DNA from: Octopus vulgaris
Lineage: Eukaryota
Length of the DNA stretch: 64,000 nucleotides
Direction of reading: 5' to 3'
Assembly: GCA_951406725.2 (NCBI GenBank)
Contig: OX597818.1
Span: 26,970,001-27,034,000 of the forward strand
Shown: positions 51,020 to 64,000 of the stretch, one piece after another
How positions within the stretch are numbered: position 1 is the stretch's first letter
Layout of the letters: the number at the start of each line of letters is the position of its first letter
Notes under the pieces: generated by a model
Seen by the model: only the letters and a program-made list of their open reading frames with translations
Databases searched by the model: none
What the model was told of the DNA's origin: nothing
Translations under genes and position numbers: made by a program

Positions 51020-53490
51020 GTAAGAAAATTTTTCATTTTTTCCTTTCCTCTAAACTTCAATGAAATTATTACACTATTCTGTTTTCTAGTGTAACATTTT
51101 TTTACTTATATCAATTTTTCTGAAATACCATTGTAAATTTTATTTTTTTCCATGATGGTCGACTCCATTTGTTCTATGAATTTAAAATCTTTATTATTTC
51201 ACTAAATCACTACTATCTAAATGAATTGTGCTATAATAAAGATTTATTAATGGAATTGTATTTTCATGAAGCATAAGTTATTAAATGAAAATCAGTTTGC
51301 TAATTTTCCAGATCTTTTTCTTAGCCGTTGCCGTGTATTTCTCTTAAAATGAACGAGATAAAAGCGCAAATTTACCTATTATAAAAATGATATTTCTATA
51401 TATTCTTAAATGATTATTTAAATGGTTTATGAAAAGAAATGTTTCCCCGCTAGGTTGTTTTCCAAAACTTAAATATCTTATACCTGACTTTTGTTGTTAG
51501 TATTTGTTGGTGGTTCTTTTGTTCTGCGGCTAAGTAAAAACTCTTGCTATAAATTTGTCATGTAATTTAAATATTTCGCCTACATTTTTCTCTAAATTCC
51601 TACAATTAACTTTGGATATAATTTGGGGTAATCTTCAGTCAATTTTTAAAAAAAATTTTGAGGAATTTCCGTGGATATCTGATTTTTTATATGAATTAAT
51701 GCGTGCTAACATATAGTATTATATACGGTCCCTTTTTTTTTTTAATGAAAACTAATTTTCGTTCTACGTTCCCCTGTTAAGATTGCCATGCTAGCCAAGT
51801 CTTTGTCCGGTTAACCTGTGTGTCCCCCATGGTTATTTCCAGGTTTCCTCTTTTTTTCTTTCTTTGGCTCCAGTTAACGACGTGGCTTTTCTATGAATGA
51901 TAGATGCGGCTTTGTCATTTCTATGGTTTCCCTGAAGCCCCGACCACCTTTTAACTTTGTAGGTGAGTCGAACCGTTTCTCTGTGTTGAAACTGTCCGTC
52001 TCTGTCCTGATCGATTGAGAGGGTTAGAGCAGCGCGGAGGAGGGGATCTGCTTGGGATAGGGTTGGTGGATAAGGTTAGGGGACAGGGAGTGTTGAAAAA
52101 AAAAGTTCGGCTAAAGAAATAAGGAGAAGGCTGTGTAAGGAGGCTTTAGTCAACCGTTGACTTTGTATTGACTGGTGCTGAAAGCTTCTCCAATCTGCAC
52201 AAAGCAATGGTCCTGTCCGCCGCTACCACTTGCCTCCAACTTCCACTGACTCTTTCCTTTCTGTTCTCCCCCCACCTCTTCTATTACCGGCAAATTTATA
52301 TCTCTAGTTTTACCCGCCTCCGCCGCCGAAATAGTTGACTACTTAACTAACACATTTCTTTTCCTCGTTCCGTTTGTTCGCTTGTTTTGTTTATAATAAA
52401 GAATGCCAAACATACAAGTGTGTTGCTGTTTCGTTAGAGGAAACGGCTAGGCTAGGGTGCCGTTGTATTTAGATCGGTTTTCTTTCTCTAACAAAGCTTG
52501 TTTTGCTTTGTAGAGAAATTTAATTTTGAATCTGAGATTATTCGGATTTTTCACTTTGTAATTGAATTAAATACTTCATAATTTCTGTGGTGGGTAAAGG
52601 GGTTTTATTTTCCTTTCTAACGGCTAAGAGCAGCAACTGAGTATTAGCGATGCATCGATCTTTATAGAGAATAGATTTTATTTTATAGTATTTTACTTTA
52701 TTCAGGACCAATGACCAGGAGACTGAAGTTGAGACTCCAGTTGTCAAGAAAGTAGATGATAAAAAGCCTGAAGTAAGATTTGGTTTTACGTTGATTTTTC
52801 TCACATTTATTGAAATATACCTTATTATTTTTGTGGGGGTTACGGTGTTTGTGAATTGTTATATTTATTGCTACCTGTTTCAGGTGGAGAGCGAAAAGAA
52901 TGCTGAAGATGGCAAGACTGGAGATAAAAAAGACGGTAAAGATGATTCCGACAAAGTAAACAGTTCTGAACAGCCGGATGACTCTGAGTCGAATGACAAA
53001 TCTGAATCTGGAGCTGAGGATTGTAATGATAACAAAGAAGAGACAAACAACAAAGAAAACGACGAGAAAGAGAACGAAGACGGTAAGTTTGCCATTATCG
53101 TTTTGCTTTAAGAGCTTTGGGAGAGGGATGTCTTTTTTTCTTTGTATTTTCAGCTGAAACACATGGAAAGTGGTGTGGTATGTATGTTGGTTGGTTCTGT
53201 AGAGGTGTGGGTGTTCCCTGGTTCGGTACGGAGCGGTTAAGCCTCATGCTCCTCGCCAGAATGTCGCACGCATCACTACCATACTTTTTTTTTTGTTCTT
53301 TATTTTACTTTTTTTTTTTTCATTCGCCGCTACTTAAGGGGTATATTTGACTGAAGCTTATTGTTCCTCTTCAGATGTGATCAGCCCGCGCAAAAGAGCC
53401 CCAGATGACTTCATAAGGGACGATGTCAGCCCATCTAAGAAATCAAAAACAGAAACTGAAGAGAAGGAAGCTGTAGCACCAGAGTCATGA
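51006..53490 (+). CDS. Small, highly acidic, probably disordered nuclear protein, prothymosin/parathymosin-like (131 aa; 139 aa with microexon)
   Basis: Exons 51006-51019, 52706-52772, 52884-53082, optional 53154-53177, and 53375-53490, all GT-AG and phase-consistent. The 131-aa form has 44 D/E versus 23 K/R by hand count. The C-terminus RKRAPDDFIRDDVSPSKKSKTE resembles the bipartite NLS of prothymosin alpha (KRAAEDDEDDDVDTKKQKT). Gene structure is well supported; the family assignment is tentative. Confidence 0.8.
52706..52772 (+). CDS. Acidic protein gene exon 2
   Basis: Acceptor TTTATTCAG, donor GAA|GTAAGA. Encodes TNDQETEVETPVVKKVDDKKPE. Confidence 0.85.
52884..53082 (+). CDS. Acidic protein gene exon 3
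   Basis: Acceptor CTGTTTCAG, donor G|GTAAGT. D/E/K/N-rich part of ORF 52791-53111. Confidence 0.88.
53154..53177 (+). CDS. Candidate 24-nt in-frame microexon (AETHGKWC)
   Basis: Strong acceptor TTTTTTTCTTTGTATTTTCAG and donor GTG|GTATGT. Phase 1-1, frame-preserving. Confidence 0.6.
53375..53490 (+). CDS. Acidic protein gene terminal exon
   Basis: Acceptor TTCCTCTTCAG. Encodes DVISPRKRAPDDFIRDDVSPSKKSKTETEEKEAVAPES then TGA. AATAAA candidates near 53610, 54233, 54423 and 54455. Confidence 0.87.
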
Positions 53491-56400
53491 TTCTGGCAAA
53501 ATCTCTTATGAACAGAGTGTACTGTTTAGCACATTTCTGGCTAATTTAGTTGGCATTTCATTAAGATGTATAAATGATCATATCATTTGCTATCATCTTT
53601 TGAGTTCTCAATAAATTATAAGTTGTTAATTGTTTTTTTTTTTCTTCCTTCCATCCTTGTCCTTAACGTCTTGACAAGATGTTTTCAATACTTAAGTATA
53701 GTAGCTAGTTGTGAAACCAATAACATTTACTATATTTTTCCATGTAGACTGCATTATTAGTTGGCTTCTTTTACCCTATTCCTCCTTCTCCAACCATGCC
53801 TGCCAGCCAACGAGACAGCAAATGGAAAAATGGGAGGGGGGACTTGCCTGCCAGTGCTTTCTTAACTTTTAAAAATTTCCTCATAACTTTCATCACAGAT
53901 AACATAGCTTTTTGCTACCTTTTCATTGTTTACAGAATACAATATCATCACTTGTTTTTCTTTTGTTTTTGTCATCCACCCTATAAGTAGATAAATACCT
54001 TGTAGGTTTTGCTAGGGATAGGGTAGTATCCCTTTGACTAATTTCAATCGCACAACACGTTGTGCTAAAGTTGGTGACCCATTGCCAATTCACTTGACCC
54101 CTTTTACATCTGTATTTTACAGGTGTTACTTTAAAGTTTCTCTTAACCCTTTACAGTGGTTTGAGGGTCATATATTTTTTAATTGCAAGTGTTTAGACGA
54201 GATGTTTTTCTTTATTGGTTACTTTAAAGAAAAATAAAAAACTTTTTTTTAGCATAGTATTGAAAACGTCATGAGTGATGGGTATCCTGATTTCTATGTT
54301 TTGTCCCCCCCTTCCCAGCCTTCTGTATGAGGAGAGCCCCTTGTTGGTCTTGCCACTGAGAACTGTATACAGAGTTTTAAATAGATTGAATGGCTTGTGT
54401 ATGTGGCAAGGAACTTACAAAAAATAAATCCTCCTTCATACTTCCTGATGGTGAATAAATGGTTTCATGTGTACCACAAATGTCTTGTTCTTCATGTTAC
54501 TGTTGTGGCTTTTTTTTTTTAATTCTGTTTTTTTCTTTCAGCTAAATTGCTTTGTTAATATGTGGTTTGAAGCAAACATTGCATGGGTTCATGAATTGCA
54601 GAAGCACTTGTATTTTTGTGGAGCTGTCATGTGTGCCCATGAAGGTAGTTTGTCTGACTGGCTGGTCTAGATTTACTGATGTGTGTGCAGATCCAAGTTC
54701 AAGAGGCAGCCATCAGTTGCCAGTGTGGTGTCAACTACACTGTTAAATTCGTTGATGCTTAAGTGTGCAACTTGGTAAGTTGCAATATTTTTGGGGCTGC
54801 ATTTTCTTCAGGGAACCAGCGGTTTATCAGCTTTAGGAATATCTAGAGGTATGCTTGGTATACACTTTAGGTACAATTCCATGTATAAGATGGGTACGCC
54901 AACTACCATATCAGGTAACACTAGGAATTGCTGCAAGGGTACCCTGACAAGAGCATTATGTTGTTTTTTATATGTCGTTGGTTTATCGGTAACTCGATGT
55001 GTCATATTGGTTCCTGTCCTCAGCAACAGATGGTTCATTCTGCTTAAGTCAGTAATCAGCACAGGTGGGAAGGTATTTTGCATTTAATCATAAAGGCAAG
55101 ACTGCCAATGGATTAGGGTATTTTAGCAGGTTGCATTTGTTTTGTGATTAATGTTGTGCCTTCTTCAATGGTCTGCATTTATGTTGGGTAGTGGTGCTCA
55201 TGTGTGTTTGGCTAGATGCCCTTCCTATTGCCAACTACTTGATAAATTATTGGGTGGAGCATTTTCTTGCATCACTGAGTGCATTTTTTTTAGATAACTG
55301 CTCTTTATATAGGCCAAGGAGAGTAACAAGGCCAGAAACGGGAGAGGCTTGTGCATTTTTCAGATAAAATTGCAATTGGAGGTGGGTGATGAAATAAGGT
55401 GCAGTGTTCATTTACATGTTTTAAGACGTCATTTAGATAAATTTACACAAAATACTTTTTTTTTTTATTAAGCAAGTTTTATAACAGTTTCTGCATTAAC
55501 GCGCATTAAAATATTAGTCAATGTGGTTGTGCTTTTTATGCACATTGTTTACCATCTTCCTTTTTTCATAAACCGGTAAGGGAACAAGAAAGTCTCTGCA
55601 GATAGAGCTTGCATGCAGTGAATATAGTTGAAGTTTTCTGGGGATATTTCATTTCAAATACACAAACTACAGGGATTTTTTTTGGACATATAAATTCAGT
55701 GTAGAATAACATGCAATATAGGGAAGTATACCTATATGTGCTATGTTCCACACAGTTCTGTACACCTATTAAAAGTGCCTGTTTGTTCATTAGTACTGCA
55801 TCACTTTTCAGACCTGTTATGTTGATAGTTATCTGGGAAGATGTAGCACTTAATGATACAAATGTTGCAGATCAAAGTAAAGATCATGTACATTACTAGC
55901 TGAACAGTGACTTACATTGGAGGATTATTGTTTTTCGTACACCTTATTCTTCAGTTTTTATGTTCTAGTTTTTCTCTTACCTGAATCAGTAGGGATTATA
56001 TACATTCTCACTTCTTTGCTTACATTTAATCTACTTATTGCTAATATCAATAAGCCTTCTGTTTGTGCACCAATTCTTAATTGAGGTCATTTCGAATTGG
56101 TGGCTGCCTACTGATTAAAAGTCTAAAACTTGCTACAGGCATTGTATTAGGTGGTTCTTAAATAAAACATTGACCAATTGCCTCTAAAATTAGGTAGAGG
56201 TCCTGTTTCATTGTTGCAAAAGAGTTTTTATAAATTCTTGCTTTATTTACTTATACAAATGAATTTTCATAGCAGGGTGAAACAGATGTGCAGATATGGC
56301 GGTGCCCCAGCATGGCCACAGCTCATAAGCTGAAACTGGAAAAATCAAAATCATATGGAAGACATGACTGGTGTATAAACCCATTGTTCATTGGCAGGTT

Positions 56401-59400
56401 TACATTGCTGACATTGAATTGTTTGCATTTGTAAATAAGCTACACATATTTCTAAACTATGTATTAAATGTGTTTTAATTGGATTTTCTTATTCGTGGCT
56501 ATTTTCATTACCGATGTGATTTTCCAATGTTTTGTAGCTTGTCTCCAGAAATATAAAGTTAGTATTTGATGTGGATTACCCATATCAACAATAGACCAAC
56601 CCAGTTTTTTGTTGTTTTTTTTTGCAATATATATACGTTTAGTATATAACATTAAAATGAATATGCAGTAAGACCAATTAGTTTTTGGTGGTAACATTAT
56701 GATTGGAATAACAACCATCCTGGAACGGGGCTGTTCCACCTTCATTTGTAAAGGGTATTTTTTCCATCCTTACATATGTTAATTGTCCCAGCATGTGTGT
56801 ATTCGCCCCTTAGTGGGTAATTAAAAATCAGTTTTATTGGTCACATTACCTGGTTTTTCCCTATTAGTCATAGTGTCACTCATTCAGTTTCTCTTTTTTT
56901 TTTTTTATAAAAGAAGCAACATCACTAGTAGTCTATTGTCACACTTCCTTTTCTGGGCCTATAAAAACTCATTCTTAATACATTTTATTATACGGAGTAT
57001 ACATTGCACTTTCTATGCAAAGGGATACAGGGGCTATTTTAGTGCATTGAAAGCACTCTGGTGTTATATCTGGACGTTTTCTGACTCATGATACATTTGT
57101 AAACTGTATTTGGTGCTGGTGTAGTTTTGAAATAGTGTTGAAACTCTGCATAATCCAATTACAACAGTGTCCCCGAAACGGAGTTTGATTAATACTATAT
57201 TTTCATGAAAGGAATGTGCAATAAATTTCATATATGAGAGAAGGATATATCTGCCAGTGACATGTGAAAGACATCCAGTACACTATGGAGCAGTTGGCAT
57301 AAAGGGCATCCCACTGTAGGAACCAAGGCAAGGAGCCTGGTGCGGTTTACCAGTTTGGGCTGAATGTGTATTTGAAATGGTCGGAGTTAAATTCTTGCAC
57401 ATTCTCTAACTTGCATAACAGATGGAAATGTTACCTGTAATATAGTGGTATCCTGTATTAGAAGAGATTTGCTTAATGCTAATAAGTTTTTATGAGGTCA
57501 TGACTAAGCAATTTCATTGAAGTATATTTTATATTCAATGTTAATAGCTATCACTATAAGAATTACCCTTTTGAAATATATTTTTGCTACCTTACTCGAC
57601 AATGTTAGTCTAAATAACAGTCATACAACTGAAATCTCAAAGTGACAAGGTAAAGCAGGATAAGTTAAAAATGTGGACAAATAGGCATATTAGTTAGAAT
57701 ACTCTGAATTCTATAGGTTTTGAGTCATTTTTAGTGGCAGAACCATTTTAAATTTGTAATTCTTCATGCTTGATTTTCTCTTTATTGTATTGCAAAAATG
57801 GTAAGGACCAGTTCAAACCAACTGAACAAATAGGATGATGCGGCTGATGTGCTTTTTGATCAGGGATCCTCAACCACTAGACTGGATGAATTGGTGTCAG
57901 CTTGTACAGAAAGAATCTAAATTTTAAGTTTTGTATTATGAATGTATATATATATGTTAATACTAGAAATAAAGTATGTATATTTGCAATATCATTGTCA
58001 TCATGGCTTAACATCTGCCTTCCATGCTGGCATGAGTAGGACAGCGAGATGAGCTGAACATGCAGGAGCCTGCACCAGACTTATGATTGCTTTGGCAGGA
58101 TTTTTACAGTTGCATAGCCTTCCTAACACCAACCACTTGGCAGGGTGGACTGTGTTTTTTGTGGCACAAGGTCAGTTTTGGCAAGGTTTTTACAGCTGGA
58201 TGCCCTTCCAACTACTTTACAATGTGGACTGGGTGCTTTTAAGTGACAGCATCAAGTACTTGCAAGACAAAAAGATCTCTTTGAGAGGGGAGGGGGTGAT
58301 CTTAAACAGATGATGAAAGGTTATAGTGAGACAAACAGGTGTCGTGCTGTAGAGGAGGTACTAGGTTACCCAGCCGAGTAAAGAGAGAATGAAGACAGAA
58401 CAGGTGCACTGCTGCAAATGAAATACATGGTTACCCCGACCTGAGTAAAAGGGAGAGTGGGAGACAACAGGATAGAGATGGTGGCAAAGTGCCAGGCATA
58501 CCCCAAAAAAGATGGATCAGAATATAAATGGGATGGTTGAGTAAAAGAACGAGAGAGGTATAGATGGTGGCAAGTGTCAGGGAATACACTTGAGGTTTGA
58601 ATGTCAGTGTGTGAAAAGTTTTGTTATGTGTGGGTGGAGCACAGGTCAGCAGGGGCTTGCAGAGAGCAATGATAGTGGGATAAGGCCAAGAGGACGATTG
58701 AGGAGTGGGAGATAAGCACAGTGCATGAAGTGGAAATGCAAAGCAGTGAAGAAATGTGGTTTGTTTTGTTTTGGTAGAGTGTAGGAGAAGTTCTCTCAAG
58801 GACCTTCCATTGTCATTTCCTCCATCCTGAGATTGGTCCTTACCACATCCCCCTCTTCCATGGATACCATCCAGTTTCAGTGATCAGCATTTTTTACAGC
58901 TGTCCTCATGCGTCACGTGTTCAGACCAATGTAGTCCTCTCTTGCATATTACATTTGATTCCTCTTATGCCCAACTTTTCTCTCAATACATTTGCACTTA
59001 GTTGTACATAATTTAAATGTTGTGTGCTTCCTTCTTTCGTGATGTGTGTAATCCCCAGTCCATAGAAAAACTTGGCTTGTATGAAATCAGTCCATGTTAC
59101 AGAATGGTTGGGGACCACTGCTTTTAATTATATTTTCTCCTATTCATTTTGTATTCATCTTGGATTTCATATTCAGCCATAAACATTCGGGCAATATTTT
59201 GATTTTTGTAAATCATCAGATGCTATGGATATGAAACTTAAAGAAATTACAGCAAGCATTAAATTTGGGGATACTGAATAGTTTACAATCGAAGTTGTTA
59301 CGGTTGTATACTTCCTCTTGTTACATGTACAGTGAAAAATGGGATAAAAATAGGATTTGGTGAAATGGAATGAATCAAGTATAACAGGCAGTTAATAATT

Positions 59401-60647
59401 TAAGACATATGGACAACACATTCTAGATGGCAGAAAGTGGAGAGTGGTTGGAAATGCTAAATGAAGAAACTAATCAAAAGACGTGAAGTTAACCGAATTT
59501 CAAATTTGAAAGAATTTATGATTAGGGACCAGACAGTGGAAGCTATGGATGAGTTAAAATCAGTGATGCAGATGAATGAGGAGCTGAGCATTTAATAAAC
59601 AAGAAAGGAAATACATTCAAAATATGGAGCCAGAAAAGAATATTGAGAATATGAACAAAAGCATAGCTGCTGCATTGAGTGAAACCTAAAGGTACTTAAG
59701 AACCATTGATTGTCAGAAGCAAGAATTATAAAAGTTCTTTTTGTTACGTTATGGGGAATGGCATTAAAAAAATTGTTCAAATGAATGTGTATGACTATGC
59801 TTAGGGGGACTGATGTGAAGGAAGCAAGTGGGATGACATCTCTGAATTGACTCCACATGTATGTAGAAATAGGCAGAAGTAGAGACTGGATATCCTAAGA
59901 TCGTTAGAAGTCAAAACACAATTTGCTGACACAAGTGATATAAATGATCTCTCAAATTTGTTTTGAAACATTTGGAAAAACAAATATTTTTGAAGGGGGT
60001 GGGGGGAAGGAGCTCATCAGATTATTTCTAATCAATCATCTCTTACTAATGGTCTTTACTCTGAATTATCCTAGTCAGTTATATCAAATTGCACATTCCA
60101 TATTTTTGTTTCAAATATCATAGACCATTGATTTTTATTTCACAGTTTTCTTAATTGAAATGAACTGGCATAGATACTATCTCTCTAACACTCCTCCCCT
60201 ACTTTTTTGTTCCTTATATGCATATTTTCTCTCTCAGTGTTTATTGGCTTTTTCATTTCCTTTTTATCATGGCCCGAATATTATGATTAGCATTCAACAA
60301 TATTTATGCTTTCAGGATATATATATATATACACAAGTTTCATGGTTCTAGTAGTTTATTGATATAATCTGTTTAATTTATGGGAGTTGTTTTAAAAGCA
60401 ATACCTTAAAAATTGAGGACATGTAGCATGGACTGTGAAAAAGAGTTGCAAAAAAATTCTTGATTTGTAAATGTTACTTATCTTTTATACTGATTTAAAA
60501 CAAAAGAAAACACTACATCATCACCAAACTTTAAGTATTTATGTTATTAATTTCTATACTCTCAATCAAATATGTGAACTTGCAGAAACCCATTTATTTA
60601 TTTCTGATTGAGTAGATATATGATCTGAGCTGTTCTAGCCATTTAGA

Positions 60648-61798
60648 ACTACGTAGCTGCTAGAATAAGAATAGCCTGGGCAAAGTTCAGAGAGCTCTTA
60701 CCTCTGCTGGTGACAAAGGGCCTCTTGCTCAGAGTAAAAGGCAGACTGTATGATGCATGTGTACAAACAGCCATGCTACATGGCAGTGAAACATGGGCCG
60801 TGACTGCTGAGGACATGCGTAAGCTCGCAAGGAATGAAGCCAGTATGCTCCGATGGATGTGTAATGTCTGCATACTCAACAGAGTGTAAGTACCTTGAGA
60901 GAAAAGTTGAACCTAAGATGCATCAGTTGTGTGCAAGAGAGAAGATTGCGCTTGTATGGTCGTGGTAAGAATGGATGAGGATAGCTGTGTGAAAAAGTTC
61001 CACACCCTAGCAGTTGAGGGAACCTGTGGAAGAGGTAGACCCAGGAAGACCTGGGATGAGGTAGTGAAGCGTGACCTTCGAACATTAGGCCTCACTGAGG
61101 CAATGACTAGTGACCGAGACCTTTAGAAATATGCTGTGTGTGAGAAGACTCGGCAAGACAAGTGAGACCATAACCCACTTATGCATACCTTTCCTTTGAA
61201 CACAAAACTCTGCTTGCGAAGACCTGTTGAGGCAAGTGAAATCGAAATCGAACCAAATTCGACAACTGGCACACATGCCAACCTTCTTTAATTGGACACT
61301 AAACTCTGCTTGCGAAGACCTGTTGGGTCAAGTGAAATCGAAATTGAACCAAATTCGATGACTGGCACCCATTCCAGTGGAGCGCTAACAGCTCCATCCG
61401 AGCAGGATCACTGCCAGAGCAGCTGTCTGGCTTCTTGTGTCGGTGGCACGTAAAAAAGCGCCATTTGAGCGTGATTGTTACCAGCATCACCTTACTGGCA
61501 CGTGATCAAAACATTTGAGCGAGTTTGTTACCAGTGCTGCTGGACTGACTCCTGTGCAGGTGGCAAGTAAAAAACACCATTTGAGCGTGGCCGTTGCCAG
61601 TACCGCCAGACTGGCCCTCATGCCAGTGGCATGTAAAAGTACCCACTACACTCTTCGAGTGGTTGGGTTTAGGAAGGGCATCCAGCTGTAGAAACTCTGC
61701 CAGATCAGATTGGAGCCTGGTGCAGCCATCTGGTTCACCAGTCCTCTGTCAAATTGTCCAACCCATGCTAGCATGGAAAGCAGACATTAAATGATGAT
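60648..61798 (+). mobile_element. 5'-truncated RTE LINE (same family as 4700-6022) with tandemly repeated 3' UTR modules
   Basis: High similarity to 5140-5640 (RIRIAWAKFRELLPLL...GRGRPRKTW), with frameshifts and a (GAT)n end. Confidence 0.88.
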
Positions 61799-64000
61799 TT
61801 TAAAATGTGTACTTTTATTACTTAAAATGATAGAGGCAAAGTGGCTGAGTTCCTTTTCGAGTGTTGGGCCTCATGGAGGCAATAACCAAGACCTTTGGCA
61901 TTATGTCATGCTTGAGAAGACCCATTAAACCAAGCAAAATCAGTTGTGGCAGATACTGGTGTCATGCAAATGGCATCCGTGCTGGTGGCATGTAAAAGCA
62001 CCCATTACTCCCTTGGAGTGGTTAGTATTAAAAAAGAGCATCCAGCCATAGATAACCATTGCCAAGCCTTTCAGTGTGCCAACCCAGTCAAACTGTCCAA
62101 CCCATGCCAGCATGGACAATAGACATTGTATAATGATGATAGAGTATGATTTGGGGGATATTTGACTGTAGATAAAATGAACATGTAAAGGTTCATTCAA
62201 CAAAATCTTGAATATTGTTTTAAGTTTCATTCTAGCAGTGCATAGGCAGAAACAGGCTTGCATAACTGCTTGCAGTTTTTGTTCCAGCTCCACATTCAAA
62301 TCCTATCAAGGTTAACTTTTCCTTTTATCCTTTTTGGGATCTGCAAAGTACTGGGTTCTTCTCTATATCTCTGAATTCACCATCATCATTTAACGTCCGT
62401 TTTCCATGCTGACATGGGTTGGACAGTTTTTACTTCTGGGAATGACTTGCCATGCTATCTTTTTAATATGGTACGAGATGAGCTTTGTAGGCAAAGCTTT
62501 AACTGAATTATGAAGCTGCATTACTAAGTGGTCACAGTTTCAAATCAAGTTTGAAACTTCGTCTAATATATTGTTAGACCAAAATTTGCATACATATCCA
62601 ACTTATTAGTAATTTATGTCAAAATGTATTAGTTACTGCAGTTAGTCGACTTTTTCTCATGTAAAAATATCTAAAAACTAGTGTTTAAAATATTACTAAA
62701 GAAAAATTCTGTATTAAGAATAATATTCATTATTCTATTTATCTTTAATGCCACAAATTATTGAATTTAACTTTTGCCTGTCTTGTGTATCACCTGAGTA
62801 AAGAAAGCATTATATTGCTGAAAACAAGGGCTAGCTGAAAGTCTGAAACCAATGTGGATGTTTAGGACAGAGTTATGAAAATGCTTTGGAATGGTAAAGG
62901 GTTAAAAAGAAACCCAAAGTTTACAAACAATGCTGGTTCTTGTTTCTAATAAGATATCTGAATGGAATGAATTCTGATTAAAGAAACTTTGATTTTGTTA
63001 TATTCAATGTATAATTTTAAAATTTAGTATTGAATAAGGTTGTTAGTTATACATACAAAAGGCTTTCTGCACAGTTTGTGTCTATCAAATTCAACTCCCA
63101 TTTTTATAGGTCAGTCTGGAAGACACCTTTGATGCTGTGTAGTGGGGTTGTATCCAGAATTATTGGTTGCAAGCTGACCTTCATAACCACTTATTCATGC
63201 CTATAAATTTGTATTTATTAAAACCTGTGAATAATATGTGAATCATGATGCAATTTCTGGAGATCAAGATTCTCTGGCTTAAACCAAGCTTTAAAGTATA
63301 TTTTTAAACCATTTGTTCCCTTCTTGTTCTATTTTCAGCAATAATGAAATTCCCTGATCAATTAAGAAGGTTTAAAGCTTAAATATTTAGGATAGAAATC
63401 AAAGTGACAATATTAAAAATAAAATGATCTTAATCTAATTCAGTTACGAACTCTTGAAAAATATTTTTTTAGGTTTCTTTACCAAACATTCTTAAAAATC
63501 TGTCCCAAAATATACTAACTTCCTGGTATAGTAAGTGAAAATAATTATGTTAGGCAACAAAGTACAGCTAACATTTAGATTTATTACTGCTGTGAATGTG
63601 AGCTCTGTAAAGCCTTTGTGGCTAAGAGCTTATACTTCTTAAAATAAATAAAAATATCTATTGTCAGATATGTATTGTATAATTTAGTTACAACTTTAAA
63701 AAAAAAAACAACTTATTCGATTACCTTGACCCTGATATAAATGGGTGTAAAAATACTCTGTTGCCTTCAACAACTGAGTTCATTATTTTATTGAATATCA
63801 AAAGAGGTTGATGAGAGAAACTATTTGAGTAGAGAAAAAGAAAGGAAAGACAGCAGATACTTTGAACTGGGTGATTGGGAGTGAAAGACTGGAAAAAAAT
63901 GCAGAAAGAAAATAAAATAAAAATGTAAAAGAGAGAAGTGAAAAGAAAGCAAAAATAAATGAAGTTCTCTACTGCTGTTATCTGTGCTTGTCTCTGAAGT

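Noticed and set aside
52538-53162. Hydrophobic or Ser-rich minus ORFs (154, 88, 71, 68 aa)
   Set aside because: Antisense shadows of the D/E/K-rich exons on the plus strand.
54791-55087. Overlapping 98-aa and 91-aa ORFs downstream of the acidic protein gene
   Set aside because: No recognisable motif or convincing splice context; lengths are compatible with chance in a locally GC-richer segment.

Overview
AT-rich, repeat-dense animal genomic DNA. The SINE, RTE and MITE content is most consistent with an octopus or other coleoid cephalopod (inferred from repeat types, not database-checked). Three spliced protein-coding genes can be rebuilt by hand with GT-AG introns and consistent phases. (1) A 2-exon, 162-aa THAP zinc-finger gene (+, 7153-11913). 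(2) A complete 6-exon COMMD9 orthologue (-, 50771-21401, 199 aa). (3) Head-to-head with COMMD9, a small, very acidic prothymosin/parathymosin-like gene (+, 51006-53490, 131 aa, or 139 aa with a 24-nt microexon) that also has a candidate poison exon. The rest is a mosaic of RTE LINEs (one young copy with a PHD-like finger inside the RT), tRNA-derived SINEs, Tc1/mariner, MULE, piggyBac and hAT-type elements, Penelope-type hammerhead remnants and microsatellites. Unusual structures include a CpG-retaining block inside COMMD9 intron 2 with a phase-compatible chain of cryptic exons, and a perfect 76-bp palindrome that shares its symmetry axis with a distal ~100-bp inverted copy. All calls are by eye; no searches were run.
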